From the IMG/VR virus record IMGVR_UViG_3300010376_000121, positions 1-25,805 of that record: a DNA stretch of 25,805 bases; one strand, given 5' to 3'. The stretch comes from a virus. Its lineage: Duplodnaviria; Caudoviricetes. This document shows positions 14,769 through 24,006 of the stretch, piece by piece (the first letter of the stretch is position 1; every line of letters starts with the position of its first letter). The translations under genes and the position numbers were made by a program. A model generated the notes under the pieces. It was given only the letters and a program-made list of their open reading frames with translations. It was not told the DNA's origin and ran no database searches.

Positions 14769-17251
14769 GTACGACCCTCGGCGACCAACTGATCCAGCAG
14801 GCGTTTGGTCCGCCGCCTGTCTTCCCGTTCACCGGTCAGACCACGCAGGCGCCGTCCTGGTCGAGGATGAATCCCACCCAACTCTACAGCACCGATATGG
14901 GTCCGGTGGGGAACTACATCAGCCAACTGGAGTCTGGCCGCAGGAACCAGCGTGAACTGGTCCGCAATCCCGACACCGGGCAGATGGAGCCGACCGGCAA
15001 AGCCTCGGGGTTCCTGCAGATCGAGGACCCCACCTGGAACGACACCGCCCCAGCCGCGGGGGTGAGCCTCTCGCGCTGGCCAACGGCGATGGACGCGCCA
15101 CCCCAGGTCCAGTGGGCGGTCGCCCAGGATCTACCGTTGAGCCGCTGGGGGCCGCGAACGGTGGACGCCGTACTGAAGCAATACCCGTGGGCGACGCGGG
15201 ACATGACGCTTCGCCGGCTCAACGAGATCGAAGCGTCCCACAGCGGTATCCGACAGCAGTACATCCCCGCGGCTCAGACTTCAGAGTTCAACGCGCGCCG
15301 GCCGTCCGAGTGGGGCCGCCCGCCGGCAGGCGGCTATGAGCACGGGCCGGGCAACCTGCCAGGGGTGTACGATGTCCCGCCGCTGATGCGCGGGCTGGCA
15401 ATCGCAGTACCCATCCTGTCGCTGTTCACCCGCGGCGCCGCGATCCCGCTGCTTACGGCCTACGGTGGGTTCGTAGAGGGCTACCAGAACGGCCAGATCC
15501 TCAAGCAGAAGCTGGCCCAGAACCAGTGGCGCAATAGCCTCGCCGAGACTGTGGCTCGGATGGAGCAGGAAGGGATCGAGGCCGGCGACGCGTTCGAAGC
15601 GATGGGCAACAACGAGGCCGGTCTGAGAGACGCCCTCGGTGGCATCGCCACCCGCTATGGCGACGACGCGATGCGCGCTGCTCTGGCCAACGGCGGGCCG
15701 GCGGCGGTGGAGAAACTGCTCCAGCGACGCGACACGCAGTACACCGATCTGAACAAGACAAAGCGCGCGCAAGAACTGGAAGAACTGCGGATTCAGCGGC
15801 TTCGCGAGCAGATCGAACGCGATCGACAGTTAGCCGGCAGGCGGGCTGAAGCGGCGCAGACTACGGAAGAACTTCGGCGACTGCAGATCGACCTAACGCA
15901 GGCGAGAACCAGAGCGCTGGAGACGAAGTCGGCGGCCGACGCCAAGAAGCGCGACGATCTGCAGAAGAAGGTGGAGGAGAGGAAGGAGCGGCTGCGGCGC
16001 CTCGGGGTGCCCGATGCCTCAATCCCCTCTGACACGCAGATAGCGGGTGACGAGACGACGCCGACCCCTGCGGAGGAGGACGACACCACCACCACCACTG
16101 CGGTGCCGGAAGAAACGCCCGAACCCACCGAGAGCGATCAGGGCGCTGCTGCTGCCCCTGCTTCTCCTAGTCGCGCGGAAGCACCCGGAGCAATCCGGAG
16201 CGCCGTCCAGCCTGCGCCCGCCCCAGTCGAGGAGGAGGTACCGCAGCGCACCCAGGTCGCCAGCCTCGCCCCGGTGTCCATCCCAACACAACGGCGGCCC
16301 GCGCCACCTCCGGTCACCCAGGTTGCCGAGAAGGAAGAGACCCCGGTCGACACCTGGTCCGACCAATTGCTGACCGGCGATACCCCGGCGAACCTCCAAG
16401 GCGTCGACAAAGACGCGTTGCCCTACATCCAAGAGCTCGCGGCGCGAAAGCGCGCCCGACTGAACCGAGTCATGGCGACACCCGATCTGACCGGAGCAGA
16501 CCTCGTTCAGCGCGTGCGAGAGGTCAGCCCAGGCTCTGCCGATACCCTGCAGGGCATGCTCGAGCGCCGGGCTGGCGCGCCAGAAACCATCTCCTCGCCG
16601 CGGATGGCGCAGTACTGGAACACGATGGAATCGCTGGCCCGCAAGGCCGATCCCACCTGGGACCCTGGGCAGTACCGCGCGGTCGACCAGTTCAGAAACC
16701 CGAATGGGCGCACCCAGTACGCACTCGGCCGGGTGTCCGCTCTCGCGACCAACGCTGCCCTGGTGCTGCAGGATCTCAAGAACCTGCCCGACGATAAGGA
16801 CGCTCTGACCCGCGCCATTAAGGCGTGGAACGCCGGCACCCTTGAGGGTAGCTCGATCTACACGAACCTGTTCGTGGATTGGCAAGCGTTCGCGATCGAG
16901 TCGAACGTTGTCCGCTCTGGCGGCGGCGGATCGGTGACTGAGACCGAACAAATCATCAGAGCGATCCCGAACTACGGATCAAAGGAGCAATTCCGCGGCG
17001 CCGTGAAGCACGACAGCATCACCGCTGGCGCCCGCATCGAGCACTGGCGCAACCAATGGCGACAACTGGGCCGACGCGACGTGATGGCAGGCGACGAGCC
17101 AGAAGCCACCCGCACACTGCAATGGATCAAGACACTGGACGAGCGCACTGGTCGAATGACCGGACCCGGCGAAGTGCCAGGTGACCTGGTCGAAGCCATG
17201 CCCCCGGACATCAAGGGGTTTGATCCGAAAAAGCCACTGACGGGACCGTGA
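14765..17251 (+). CDS. Ejection protein 2 with N-terminal lysozyme-like (Rpf/transglycosylase-type) domain
   Basis: ISQLESG...ASGFLQI...TW...AMDAPPQVQWAVA...W pattern, followed by coiled coil and a Pro/Glu-rich linker. Confidence 0.78.
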   Translation: MSTTLGDQLIQQAFGPPPVFPFTGQTTQAPSWSRMNPTQLYSTDMGPVGNYISQLESGRRNQRELVRNPDTGQMEPTGKASGFLQIEDPTWNDTAPAAGVSLSRWPTAMDAPPQVQWAVAQDLPLSRWGPRTVDAVLKQYPWATRDMTLRRLNEIEASHSGIRQQYIPAAQTSEFNARRPSEWGRPPAGGYEHGPGNLPGVYDVPPLMRGLAIAVPILSLFTRGAAIPLLTAYGGFVEGYQNGQILKQKLAQNQWRNSLAETVARMEQEGIEAGDAFEAMGNNEAGLRDALGGIATRYGDDAMRAALANGGPAAVEKLLQRRDTQYTDLNKTKRAQELEELRIQRLREQIERDRQLAGRRAEAAQTTEELRRLQIDLTQARTRALETKSAADAKKRDDLQKKVEERKERLRRLGVPDASIPSDTQIAGDETTPTPAEEDDTTTTTAVPEETPEPTESDQGAAAAPASPSRAEAPGAIRSAVQPAPAPVEEEVPQRTQVASLAPVSIPTQRRPAPPPVTQVAEKEETPVDTWSDQLLTGDTPANLQGVDKDALPYIQELAARKRARLNRVMATPDLTGADLVQRVREVSPGSADTLQGMLERRAGAPETISSPRMAQYWNTMESLARKADPTWDPGQYRAVDQFRNPNGRTQYALGRVSALATNAALVLQDLKNLPDDKDALTRAIKAWNAGTLEGSSIYTNLFVDWQAFAIESNVVRSGGGGSVTETEQIIRAIPNYGSKEQFRGAVKHDSITAGARIEHWRNQWRQLGRRDVMAGDEPEATRTLQWIKTLDERTGRMTGPGEVPGDLVEAMPPDIKGFDPKKPLTGP

Positions 17252-17252
17252 C

Positions 17253-19250
17253 ATGGCGCAGGATGTCGAGACCGCGAAACAGTGGCTGCGGGAACACCCG
17301 AACCACGCTGACGCCGCCACCGTACGAGCGAACCTTCGCGCCGCGGGCGAGAGCGTGGACGAGCCGCAGGAGTCCAGTGGCCTAGCCACCACCGCTCGCC
17401 TCGCCGAGCAAGCCTGGTTGCTCGATCCGATCGAGGCCGTCGGCCAGATGGTCGGGATGACCGGCGAGAACCTGCCCGAGTGGATGCGGAGCGAAGCGGC
17501 GGCGGCGAAAGAAGCGTCCGCTCGCCATCCGTACTGGCACACCGCCCTGTCAATCGCCAACCCAGCTTTTCTCGCAGCGCCTGAACTCGGGATTGGACGC
17601 GTCCTTCCAGCCCTTGGGAGTGCCGCCCGCGGCGCGTTCGCCGGCGGGGTGGCCTCGGTGCTGCAGCCGGTCGATGACCCCCAGGACCCACATTTCTGGC
17701 GCCAGAAGGCCCAGCAAGGCCTGCTAGGGACAGTGACTGGGGGGACGCTCGGTCGCATGGCCGGCGCTGTCGATGCCAGAGCGGCGGCGGCGAGCAAGGC
17801 AGCGTCTGACTATGCCCGCGACGTCAACGCTGCCAATGCCGCGAACCTTCAGGCGCAGGCCGCGCGCACCATGGGGGTCCGCCAAGACGCCGCTGACTAC
17901 GGCCAGAAGATTCGGGATTTCCTCGCTGCCACCCAACGTCAGGCCGGGGCCCAGGCGGCGCACACAACAGCGGTCGCCGACCAGGCCAGGAGAGCGTCGG
18001 CGGCTGCCACGAAGCACGCGCAAGATATCGGCGATGTGGCGGTGGAGACCGGCCGACTGCAAGCGCAGCACGCCACCGAACTGCAAGACTATGCCGCCGC
18101 TGTCGCGAGCAGAGAGGGGCTGAACGCGCGGAAGAATGTCGAGTGGTACTCGCGGGTGCTCGAGCCGCTCGGACTCCAGCACCTGATTCCCGCCCAACCC
18201 GGCAGCGCCGCTCTGGCGCAACTGCAGAGGATCATCGGCGATCGCCTCAATGCGGCGAACCGGCAGTTCACCCTAACCAGAACCCCGGTACTGAACGACA
18301 CGCTCGCTGGCCACTATGCGGACGGTATGATCGAGCTCCAGAACCAGGCCAGCCGTGACCGCTGGTCAAGCATCTTCAAACGCCGAGTCAGCGATCCGCT
18401 AAACGCCGAACTCACTGGCGGCGCGCCGCTGAAGGGCGACGACTTCGCGCGGTACATCACCTCGATCAATCGCGAGGCCGACCGGCTTGCCCGCGGGGCA
18501 ACGCGCGTCAATCCCAATGCCGTCGATGACCTCGCGATGGCGGACGCGCTGCATCGGATGACGGCTGAGATCGAGGGCGCGGCCGATGGTCCGTTCCTGG
18601 CGCGGCAAGAGCGCATAAAGGCGCGCGAGGCCTACTCGCGATGGTCCATCCTGTCTGGTGCTGCCGAGCCAGAGAAGGGCGGCATCGCTTCAGCCCAAGA
18701 GGTGATCCAACACTGGTCGCAGCGGCAGGGCAGCCACGATCGCTACAATCGCGATCTGGCGAGCAACCCAGACAAGCAGTTTCTGGAGCAGTGGCGCCTC
18801 GAGGCGACCTCGCCGAAGCCAGAGAGGCCGCCTGAACCGACGCTCCCTCAGGTCCCGAAGGCGCCGAAGGTGGAAAAGCCCCTGAAGGAGCCGAAAGCGG
18901 CACGGGAAACCCCTACGATGCCGCAGCCGCCGAAAGACCGTCCTCCAGCCGCCCGACCCGGCGTGTTTCCGCCAGAGCCAAAGCCGCCGGGAAAGGAACC
19001 GCCAGGCTGGGCCGCGCGCACCGGGCGTGCCGCCGCCCACATCGGGCTTGGGGAAGCCGTACACCAGCTCCTCGGCATTCCGCGCTACTACGCTTGGGGC
19101 GCGACCATCCCGACGCTGGAAGCGATCCTGCAGAGCGAGGCCGGGAAGAAGTTGCTCGAGCGCGGCAGCCGGTTCCCCGCCACCGGTGGAGCCGCGGCCG
19201 GAAATCTCCCCGATGTCTCCGGAATTTCCTCTGTCATTCCAGGACTCTGA
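17253..19250 (+). CDS. Ejection protein 3
   Basis: 665 aa Ala-rich helical protein with Gly-rich hydrophobic segments and a Pro/Lys-rich linker. Confidence 0.7.
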   Translation: MAQDVETAKQWLREHPNHADAATVRANLRAAGESVDEPQESSGLATTARLAEQAWLLDPIEAVGQMVGMTGENLPEWMRSEAAAAKEASARHPYWHTALSIANPAFLAAPELGIGRVLPALGSAARGAFAGGVASVLQPVDDPQDPHFWRQKAQQGLLGTVTGGTLGRMAGAVDARAAAASKAASDYARDVNAANAANLQAQAARTMGVRQDAADYGQKIRDFLAATQRQAGAQAAHTTAVADQARRASAAATKHAQDIGDVAVETGRLQAQHATELQDYAAAVASREGLNARKNVEWYSRVLEPLGLQHLIPAQPGSAALAQLQRIIGDRLNAANRQFTLTRTPVLNDTLAGHYADGMIELQNQASRDRWSSIFKRRVSDPLNAELTGGAPLKGDDFARYITSINREADRLARGATRVNPNAVDDLAMADALHRMTAEIEGAADGPFLARQERIKAREAYSRWSILSGAAEPEKGGIASAQEVIQHWSQRQGSHDRYNRDLASNPDKQFLEQWRLEATSPKPERPPEPTLPQVPKAPKVEKPLKEPKAARETPTMPQPPKDRPPAARPGVFPPEPKPPGKEPPGWAARTGRAAAHIGLGEAVHQLLGIPRYYAWGATIPTLEAILQSEAGKKLLERGSRFPATGGAAAGNLPDVSGISSVIPGL

Positions 19251-19252
19251 GC

Positions 19253-19591
19253 ATGACCCAGACCGCCGATCCCCTGCGCGTCAACGAGCGGCTTTACAAG
19301 CAGATCGCCCGCCTGTTGGATGACCTCGAGGCGCAAGACGAAGACACCGGGATCACCATCCCCCAGAGAATCAACGCCCTGATCGCGATCGGCCGCATCC
19401 AGATCATGTTCACGGCTCTGAAGAAGGCGGAAAATGAGCCAGTCACCGGAGGAAAGGTCAGGCAGTACTCCACCGCCTTCCGCGCGAAGACCAATGCTGT
19501 TGGTGGGCGAGCGGAGCGTACCCGACCAACCGCCGTTGATCTCGCCGCCGCCGCCGCCGCAGCCGACGACGACGAGCCAGACGCCGCTTAG
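19253..19591 (+). CDS. Hypothetical helical protein
   Basis: ATG 19253 with AGGA upstream, directly after the ejection gene. The ORF-track extension to 19094 is unlikely. Confidence 0.65.
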   Translation: MTQTADPLRVNERLYKQIARLLDDLEAQDEDTGITIPQRINALIAIGRIQIMFTALKKAENEPVTGGKVRQYSTAFRAKTNAVGGRAERTRPTAVDLAAAAAAADDDEPDAA

Positions 19592-19832
19592 TCTCGATCC
19601 GCGGATTCAGCAGGAGATAGCCAACCGTGCCGCCTGGAGAGCCGGGGTGTTGGGCGCACTGAACCTGGCCGCTCGCGTCCTGGCCGTGCGCTGCACCTTG
19701 ATGCTCTCAGTCGTCGGGGCCGCGCTTCTGACGTGGCTTGCGGTTGCTGAGCACGACCCGTGGCGGCTTGCCGCGGTCGCCATCTACACCGTCACGGTCT
19801 GCCTGCCGCTGGTCTGGCTGGCGGCGAAGTGA
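19434..19832 (+). CDS. Membrane protein, holin candidate (start uncertain: 19434, 19494 or 19647)
   Basis: At least two hydrophobic helices (TLMLSVVGAALLTWLAV, LAAVAIYTVTVCLPLVWLAA). Last gene of the rightward arm. Confidence 0.55.
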   Translation: MSQSPEERSGSTPPPSARRPMLLVGERSVPDQPPLISPPPPPQPTTTSQTPLSLDPRIQQEIANRAAWRAGVLGALNLAARVLAVRCTLMLSVVGAALLTWLAVAEHDPWRLAAVAIYTVTVCLPLVWLAAK

Positions 19833-19952
19833 GGGCGACAGGATCTGGTGGACCCAGGTCTCCAGCGGGCCGTCCAGCGTGACCGCCTCCTGGGGCAGCA
19901 CGGGAGGGTGAGCGCGACGCACGCGAGGGCGACGGTAGAGGTAGTGCCTCAT
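19707..19952 (-). CDS. Hypothetical protein
   Basis: ATGA coupling to the upstream gene, but the 3' half overlaps the convergent membrane-protein gene. Confidence 0.4.
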   Translation of the reverse strand: MRHYLYRRPRVRRAHPPVLPQEAVTLDGPLETWVHQILSPSLRRQPDQRQADRDGVDGDRGKPPRVVLSNRKPRQKRGPDD

Positions 19953-20158
19953 GACGCCGTGTCCTTAATGCCCTGGATGATCGCGATGATCTCCTTGACC
20001 ACCCCCTCGGCGTAATCCTCGGGCAATTCCAGGAGCGCGTCCGCCACCCGTGCCAGTGCTCTTGCCTGCCGGAAGTCGCCGTCCTTGTTCGCCTCTCTGA
20101 TCGCCGCCTCGAGCCGCAGAATGATCGTTTCAATGTGGTCTTCTTTCATAATGGGCAT
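19949..20158 (-). CDS. Small helical hypothetical protein
   Basis: GGGAG RBS, tight packing. Confidence 0.7.
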   Translation of the reverse strand: MPIMKEDHIETIILRLEAAIREANKDGDFRQARALARVADALLELPEDYAEGVVKEIIAIIQGIKDTAS

Positions 20159-20159
20159 T

Positions 20160-20510
20160 TCAGTACTCCCACCTTACTGTGATGCGGAACGAACTCGGTT
20201 CGATGCTGGAACCGAGGTACCTGTCCTCCGGGCCAAAGTGATGCCAGAGGTTTTCCGCGAAAACATAAGGCCTGACTCGATGATTTCGTTGGTAACCCAC
20301 CCTCGCGACAACTGACGCCAGATCGAGCTTGGCACCGAGCGCTGTCTCTATCTCAAGAGAGACAGTCCTGCTGCAGTAATATACCATGTCGGATGACAGC
20401 CCCATCTCCTTCGCAATGTCCTTGACCGGTTTGCCGCATCCCCGCTGCAACCAGATCGCCTGATACCGCGCGACATTGGACGGCAGCTTATGAGCCTGTG
20501 CATCGGTCAT
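20160..20510 (-). CDS. HTH DNA-binding protein
   Basis: GKPVKDIAKEMGLSSDMVYY helix-turn-helix, ATGA coupling. Confidence 0.65.
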   Translation of the reverse strand: MTDAQAHKLPSNVARYQAIWLQRGCGKPVKDIAKEMGLSSDMVYYCSRTVSLEIETALGAKLDLASVVARVGYQRNHRVRPYVFAENLWHHFGPEDRYLGSSIEPSSFRITVRWEY

Positions 20511-21187
20511 GATGACGGACCCTCCTCCTGCGGCTGGTAAGCTGCGATCACCTCCTCGATCGGAATGTACGCCCCGAGCCGCTTGGCCCGTTCGGTCTCT
20601 CCGTCGAGCTTGTCGCAGAACTCCCGGAGGTACTGACCGAGGGACCGTTGGTAGGTCGCATCGCGCTTAACGACGATGTGCGCCGCCGGCATCCGCTCGT
20701 GATAAGCGTAGAAGTGGACGACCTCGAAGTCGCCCACGAGCATCTGCATCTGCACCTGGGCGCGATAGTCGTCGCCGGGACCATCGAGCAGATAGCGCAT
20801 CATGTTGGGCGGTTGCGGGCACTTGATTTCCACCGCCTCCCGCCGATTGCCGGCGATGATCCGATCGGGGCTGCAGCCCATCCGCCCATCGTCGGTGGTC
20901 ACCCAGCCGGCAAGCTCGAGCTTCACGCCCTCGAGGACTTCGAACTGTGACGCGGCGAGAGGTTCGTTGACGATGCCGGCCTGCACAAACTGGTTCTGCG
21001 ACAGGTCCCGCCCCATCGGGGCGTGCAACAGACGCTCAGCGATCAGTTCGTACATATAGCCGTCGGCTTGGGTCGATCGCTTGCCGCCAGGAGTGATGAT
21101 GCGGTGGGCCTGCGACGCGGACGGTACGCCGAGCCGCAGCTTGAGCCACTCCTCGCTGCCCTGTTGCACAGGATGGATGATGCTCAT
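20507..21187 (-). CDS. YqaJ / lambda-exonuclease family 5'-3' exonuclease
   Basis: QGSEEWLKLRLG, G...EP.A, GCSPDR, VEIKCP, Y.AQVQ.QM motifs. AAGGAG RBS and ATGA overlap at 21187. Confidence 0.93.
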   Translation of the reverse strand: MSIIHPVQQGSEEWLKLRLGVPSASQAHRIITPGGKRSTQADGYMYELIAERLLHAPMGRDLSQNQFVQAGIVNEPLAASQFEVLEGVKLELAGWVTTDDGRMGCSPDRIIAGNRREAVEIKCPQPPNMMRYLLDGPGDDYRAQVQMQMLVGDFEVVHFYAYHERMPAAHIVVKRDATYQRSLGQYLREFCDKLDGETERAKRLGAYIPIEEVIAAYQPQEEGPSS

Positions 21188-21381
21188 GAGTCGTCTCCTT
21201 TGCGGTTCGCGCGCCAAGTCTCTGCGAGCAATGTTGTCAGATCCTCCTGCGCTTTCATCTTGAGCAGGCCATAGTCGTCGCCCTCGGGCACTTCGATCGT
21301 CAGCGAGGCCTCGACACGCATGCTGTTGAAGTTTCCCAGATTCACAGTCTTGCTGACGCCGACAGTGAATTGTTTGATCAT
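21184..21381 (-). CDS. Conserved phage hypothetical protein
   Basis: KTVNLGNFNSMRVEA motif, coupled at both ends. Confidence 0.8.
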   Translation of the reverse strand: MIKQFTVGVSKTVNLGNFNSMRVEASLTIEVPEGDDYGLLKMKAQEDLTTLLAETWRANRKGDDS

Positions 21382-22106
21382 GGCGCCTTCTCCATCCGCG
21401 CCCGTTTCTGCAGGAGCGCGTTTTTCAGTCGTGTAAAGTCTCGAGTCGGAACAGCCTCGAGCTCGAGGATGCCGGTTAGCATTGTGTTGAGGAACGAGTT
21501 GCTGTCGGTGTTAGTCTCGTTCAACAGATTGGCCAGTTCATCGAGTTGCGCGCGCGACAGGGTTTGCGATGGGGTCTCGGCGTCGATCGTCTGGTAGTCC
21601 ATCGCTTCCTCGCGGCTTGTGATGCCACGCAGTACGTCCGGGAACGCATCGCGCAGCGCGAAGGTGCGGGCGCGCATCTGCAGCATGCGCTGCGGGTATT
21701 CCGTCCACGGTCCTTGCTTGCCCCAGAGCTTCGCCCGCTTGGCATCATCGACGGTGAAGCGGCTGACCTTCGGCAGCCGCCCTTTGCGCTTGGCCGTGAC
21801 GATGTAGCCGGTGACATCGCCCTTCTCATCGACCAAAGGCTCCTCGATGACGTCCTCGCACAGCGGCGAGCGGGTGCAGAGCGCCAGCACGGCATCGCCC
21901 CACAGCGTCGCTTTGCCATTGATGACGGCGATCGAACTGAGGCTCTGCATGATGGTCAGACCGATTTCCAGCCCGTACTGGACACACACCAGGATCGCAT
22001 CTGGCTTGCCGCGGAATTCTTTCGGCACCAGGTCAGTGGCCGCGGCGCGCTGCGCCCAGCGGTCCAATTCCGCAAAGGTCTGCGGACTCATGAGGTCTTG
22101 CGCCAT
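21378..22106 (-). CDS. recT: RecT-family single-strand annealing protein
   Basis: VPKEFRGKP, GLEIGL..MQSL..IAVINGK, GPWTEYPQRML..RA..FALRDAFPDVL.G motifs, next to the YqaJ exonuclease. Confidence 0.87.
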   Translation of the reverse strand: MAQDLMSPQTFAELDRWAQRAAATDLVPKEFRGKPDAILVCVQYGLEIGLTIMQSLSSIAVINGKATLWGDAVLALCTRSPLCEDVIEEPLVDEKGDVTGYIVTAKRKGRLPKVSRFTVDDAKRAKLWGKQGPWTEYPQRMLQMRARTFALRDAFPDVLRGITSREEAMDYQTIDAETPSQTLSRAQLDELANLLNETNTDSNSFLNTMLTGILELEAVPTRDFTRLKNALLQKRARMEKAP

Positions 22107-22117
22107 TCGAAAACTCC

Positions 22118-22178
22118 TTGTTTCGCGGGGGTGTCAGCCTCATACTTTACACCAGCCTGACAAGCAAGGGAATGACAC
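22118..22178. promoter_or_regulatory. Divergent overlapping promoters with TGTCAG/CTGACA operator-like half-sites
   Basis: Plus strand: TTGTTT(22118)-17-CATACT(22141). Minus strand: TTGCTT(22167)-17-TATGAG(22144). TGTCAG 22132-22137, CTGACA 22157-22162, TGACAC 22173-22178. Confidence 0.5.
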
Positions 22179-22484
22179 ATGGTGATGGAATCTGACTTGG
22201 TCAAAGCGCGCTATCTGGCCGACAGATTGGTCATGAAAGCGGCCGGCACCGACCTGTCGCGCATGGCGAAACAGTTGCGCCGCCTGCTCGAGCCGGGTCC
22301 GACCATGGACGAGATCCTGGCCACGGTGGCGGCGAACGACGTCAAAGCGCGGGCGAAGCTGATCGGCATCAGCCGGCAGGCCTACTACAACCTCCAGGCC
22401 GGCAAGGCGAAGCCGACCCTCGCCACCGCCCAGCGATTGAGCGAACTGACCGGCGTGCCGGTGGAAGTGATCAGGGCAGCATGA
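22179..22484 (+). CDS. XRE/Cro-like HTH transcriptional regulator
   Basis: ARAKLIGISRQAYYNLQAGKAKPTLATAQRLSELTGVPVE. Confidence 0.85.
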   Translation: MVMESDLVKARYLADRLVMKAAGTDLSRMAKQLRRLLEPGPTMDEILATVAANDVKARAKLIGISRQAYYNLQAGKAKPTLATAQRLSELTGVPVEVIRAA

Positions 22485-22717
22485 CCCATCTCACGAAGTT
22501 CGCCCAACAGGTGTCCGAGCTCGAAAGCCAGATCGAGCCGTTGTTGCAAGGGCGCGACCCCGCGGTGCAGAGCGCTGTACTGGCGGACCTGCTGGCCATC
22601 TGGGTCTCTGGGCATCAGGACAAGGACAAGCGCGACGCTGTGCTCAAGAGCCACATCGACTTGGTCAAACGGTTGATCCCGGTTTACGACATGCCCGCCT
22701 ACCGGAGGAGGCACTGA
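22481..22717 (+). CDS. Hypothetical protein
   Basis: ATGA overlap with the HTH gene, helical composition. Confidence 0.7.
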   Translation: MTHLTKFAQQVSELESQIEPLLQGRDPAVQSAVLADLLAIWVSGHQDKDKRDAVLKSHIDLVKRLIPVYDMPAYRRRH

Positions 22718-22729
22718 TGGACACGCTGG

Positions 22730-23428
22730 TCATGCGGCGAAGTCCAGTTCCAGTTGCTGCCGGCGGCGCACCGTCCATTGCTCCGGACACTGCACCGCGT
22801 CCCATCGCTCGGCCATGCGCTGAGCGTCGTTCTGCGGGCGGTGGTGGTTCTGCCCGACGTCGGAGGAGTCGAGCGAGGCAAATGGCCAGCGCTTCCCGGC
22901 GCACTGCATGCCCCGCAGCATGTGGATCGGTGGCGTTTTGCCGAACGTCGAGATGAGCTGGTCCCACGCTTCGTCTAGCCGGCGCTCCCAGGCCTCCGAC
23001 AGCACCACCGCATGCTCGCCGGCGCTGCCGATGCAGACCCGGCTCCAGCCCGCGTCGACCAGGCGGCACAGCCGGAAGATCGGCTCGTTGGTGTGCCACA
23101 CTGGGCCCGTCTGGAGCTTGCCGAATGGCCATTCGGTCAATAGTGCGTCCTGGATTTGCGAGGGGGCGTCGACCTCATCGGGCGGGACTGCCCAGGTGGT
23201 CGGACAGACCAGCCACCGCTCGCACCAGGCGTAATAGCCTGGCCAATCGGTCTCGAAGCCTTGCTGCCATTTCGAGTAAGCGCCGTTGTCGAGCATTACG
23301 CTCTGGCCGATGCCGTGAACGTGCCTGATCTGCTCGGGCCGCATATGGCTGACCGCAAAGCATCGGCCGGCGAGCCGATACAGCGTGTCCAGTGGCGTGA
23401 TAGGCGTGCCGTGAAAGTGCAGCGTCAC
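22730..23428 (-). CDS. TGT/DpdA-like (7-deazaguanine transglycosylase fold) protein
   Basis: VMLDNGAYS (compare DSG of TGT/DpdA), PD, PVWH, IHMLRG and ASLDSS motifs in TGT order. Confidence 0.62.
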   Translation of the reverse strand: MTLHFHGTPITPLDTLYRLAGRCFAVSHMRPEQIRHVHGIGQSVMLDNGAYSKWQQGFETDWPGYYAWCERWLVCPTTWAVPPDEVDAPSQIQDALLTEWPFGKLQTGPVWHTNEPIFRLCRLVDAGWSRVCIGSAGEHAVVLSEAWERRLDEAWDQLISTFGKTPPIHMLRGMQCAGKRWPFASLDSSDVGQNHHRPQNDAQRMAERWDAVQCPEQWTVRRRQQLELDFAA

Positions 23429-23568
23429 TTCCGTCGCATTTTGCGGCGACCGCGGCGGGCGTTACGAAGGGCGGCGGCCACGGCCTGGTTGCGCGGGCGA
23501 CCAGCCCTGATCATCTCGCGGATGTTTTGGGAGACGACTTTTTGCGAACTGCCCGATTGCAACGGCAT
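23425..23568 (-). CDS. 47-aa basic phage protein [47 protein letters not shown]
   Basis: Not in the ORF track. GAGGA RBS, GTGA overlap with the TGT-like gene. Matches the recurrent phage pattern MPLxxGxSxxxxSxNIxExxxxGxxxxQAVAxA. Confidence 0.8.
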   Translation of the reverse strand: MPLQSGSSQKVVSQNIREMIRAGRPRNQAVAAALRNARRGRRKMRRK

Positions 23569-23827
23569 GGGGATCGTCCTCGCTGACAAAGCGCCCGGTG
23601 ACGGAGGAGCGCGGTGGGAAGGTTACCCCGAGACCATACTCCCAGAGGAAGACGCAAAAATCGTCGCCATCGGTGACCATGATCTCCCGTACCACGCCGA
23701 GCTTGGCCGAGGGGCTTTGGCTGAACGCGCACGCATCACGAATTGCAGTGCGCGCGTCAACGAACCGCGCCTCGGGCCAATACTCGCCATTAGGCAGGAA
23801 TAGCCAGAGGCTGAATTCACCGGTCAC
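23462..23827 (-). CDS. Conserved phage hypothetical protein
   Basis: GTG 23827 overlaps the previous stop. EFS...F.P.G.Y...VTDGDD...F.W.YG.GVTFP motif. Confidence 0.65.
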   Translation of the reverse strand: MTGEFSLWLFLPNGEYWPEARFVDARTAIRDACAFSQSPSAKLGVVREIMVTDGDDFCVFLWEYGLGVTFPPRSSVTGRFVSEDDPHAVAIGQFAKSRLPKHPRDDQGWSPAQPGRGRRPS

Positions 23828-24006
23828 GGTGCGATCCTTTTGACAGTGACCTCGGCCTTTGCGTGCCAAAACATGGCGAAGTAATCGCCGCATCCGCCGA
23901 TTTCCGACTCGCACAGTATGATGGCCTTGCCGGTCAGATCGGCGGTATCGACGGCAAACCGGTTCACCGTGGCGCAGTACGGGCACTTGAGCTCCAAGGA
24001 CATCAT
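23824..24006 (-). CDS. Small zinc-finger-like protein
   Basis: CPYC...CESEIGGCG, coupled at both ends. Confidence 0.7.
   Translation of the reverse strand: MMSLELKCPYCATVNRFAVDTADLTGKAIILCESEIGGCGDYFAMFWHAKAEVTVKRIAP

Noticed and set aside
16019-17797. Long minus-strand ORFs (310, 272, 239 aa) opposite the ejection genes
   Set aside because: Typical stop-poor antisense frames of GC-rich coding DNA.
23828-23986. N-terminal extension of the 23462-23986 ORF
   Set aside because: Overlaps the zinc-finger gene. GTG 23827 gives a coupled start at the conserved motif.
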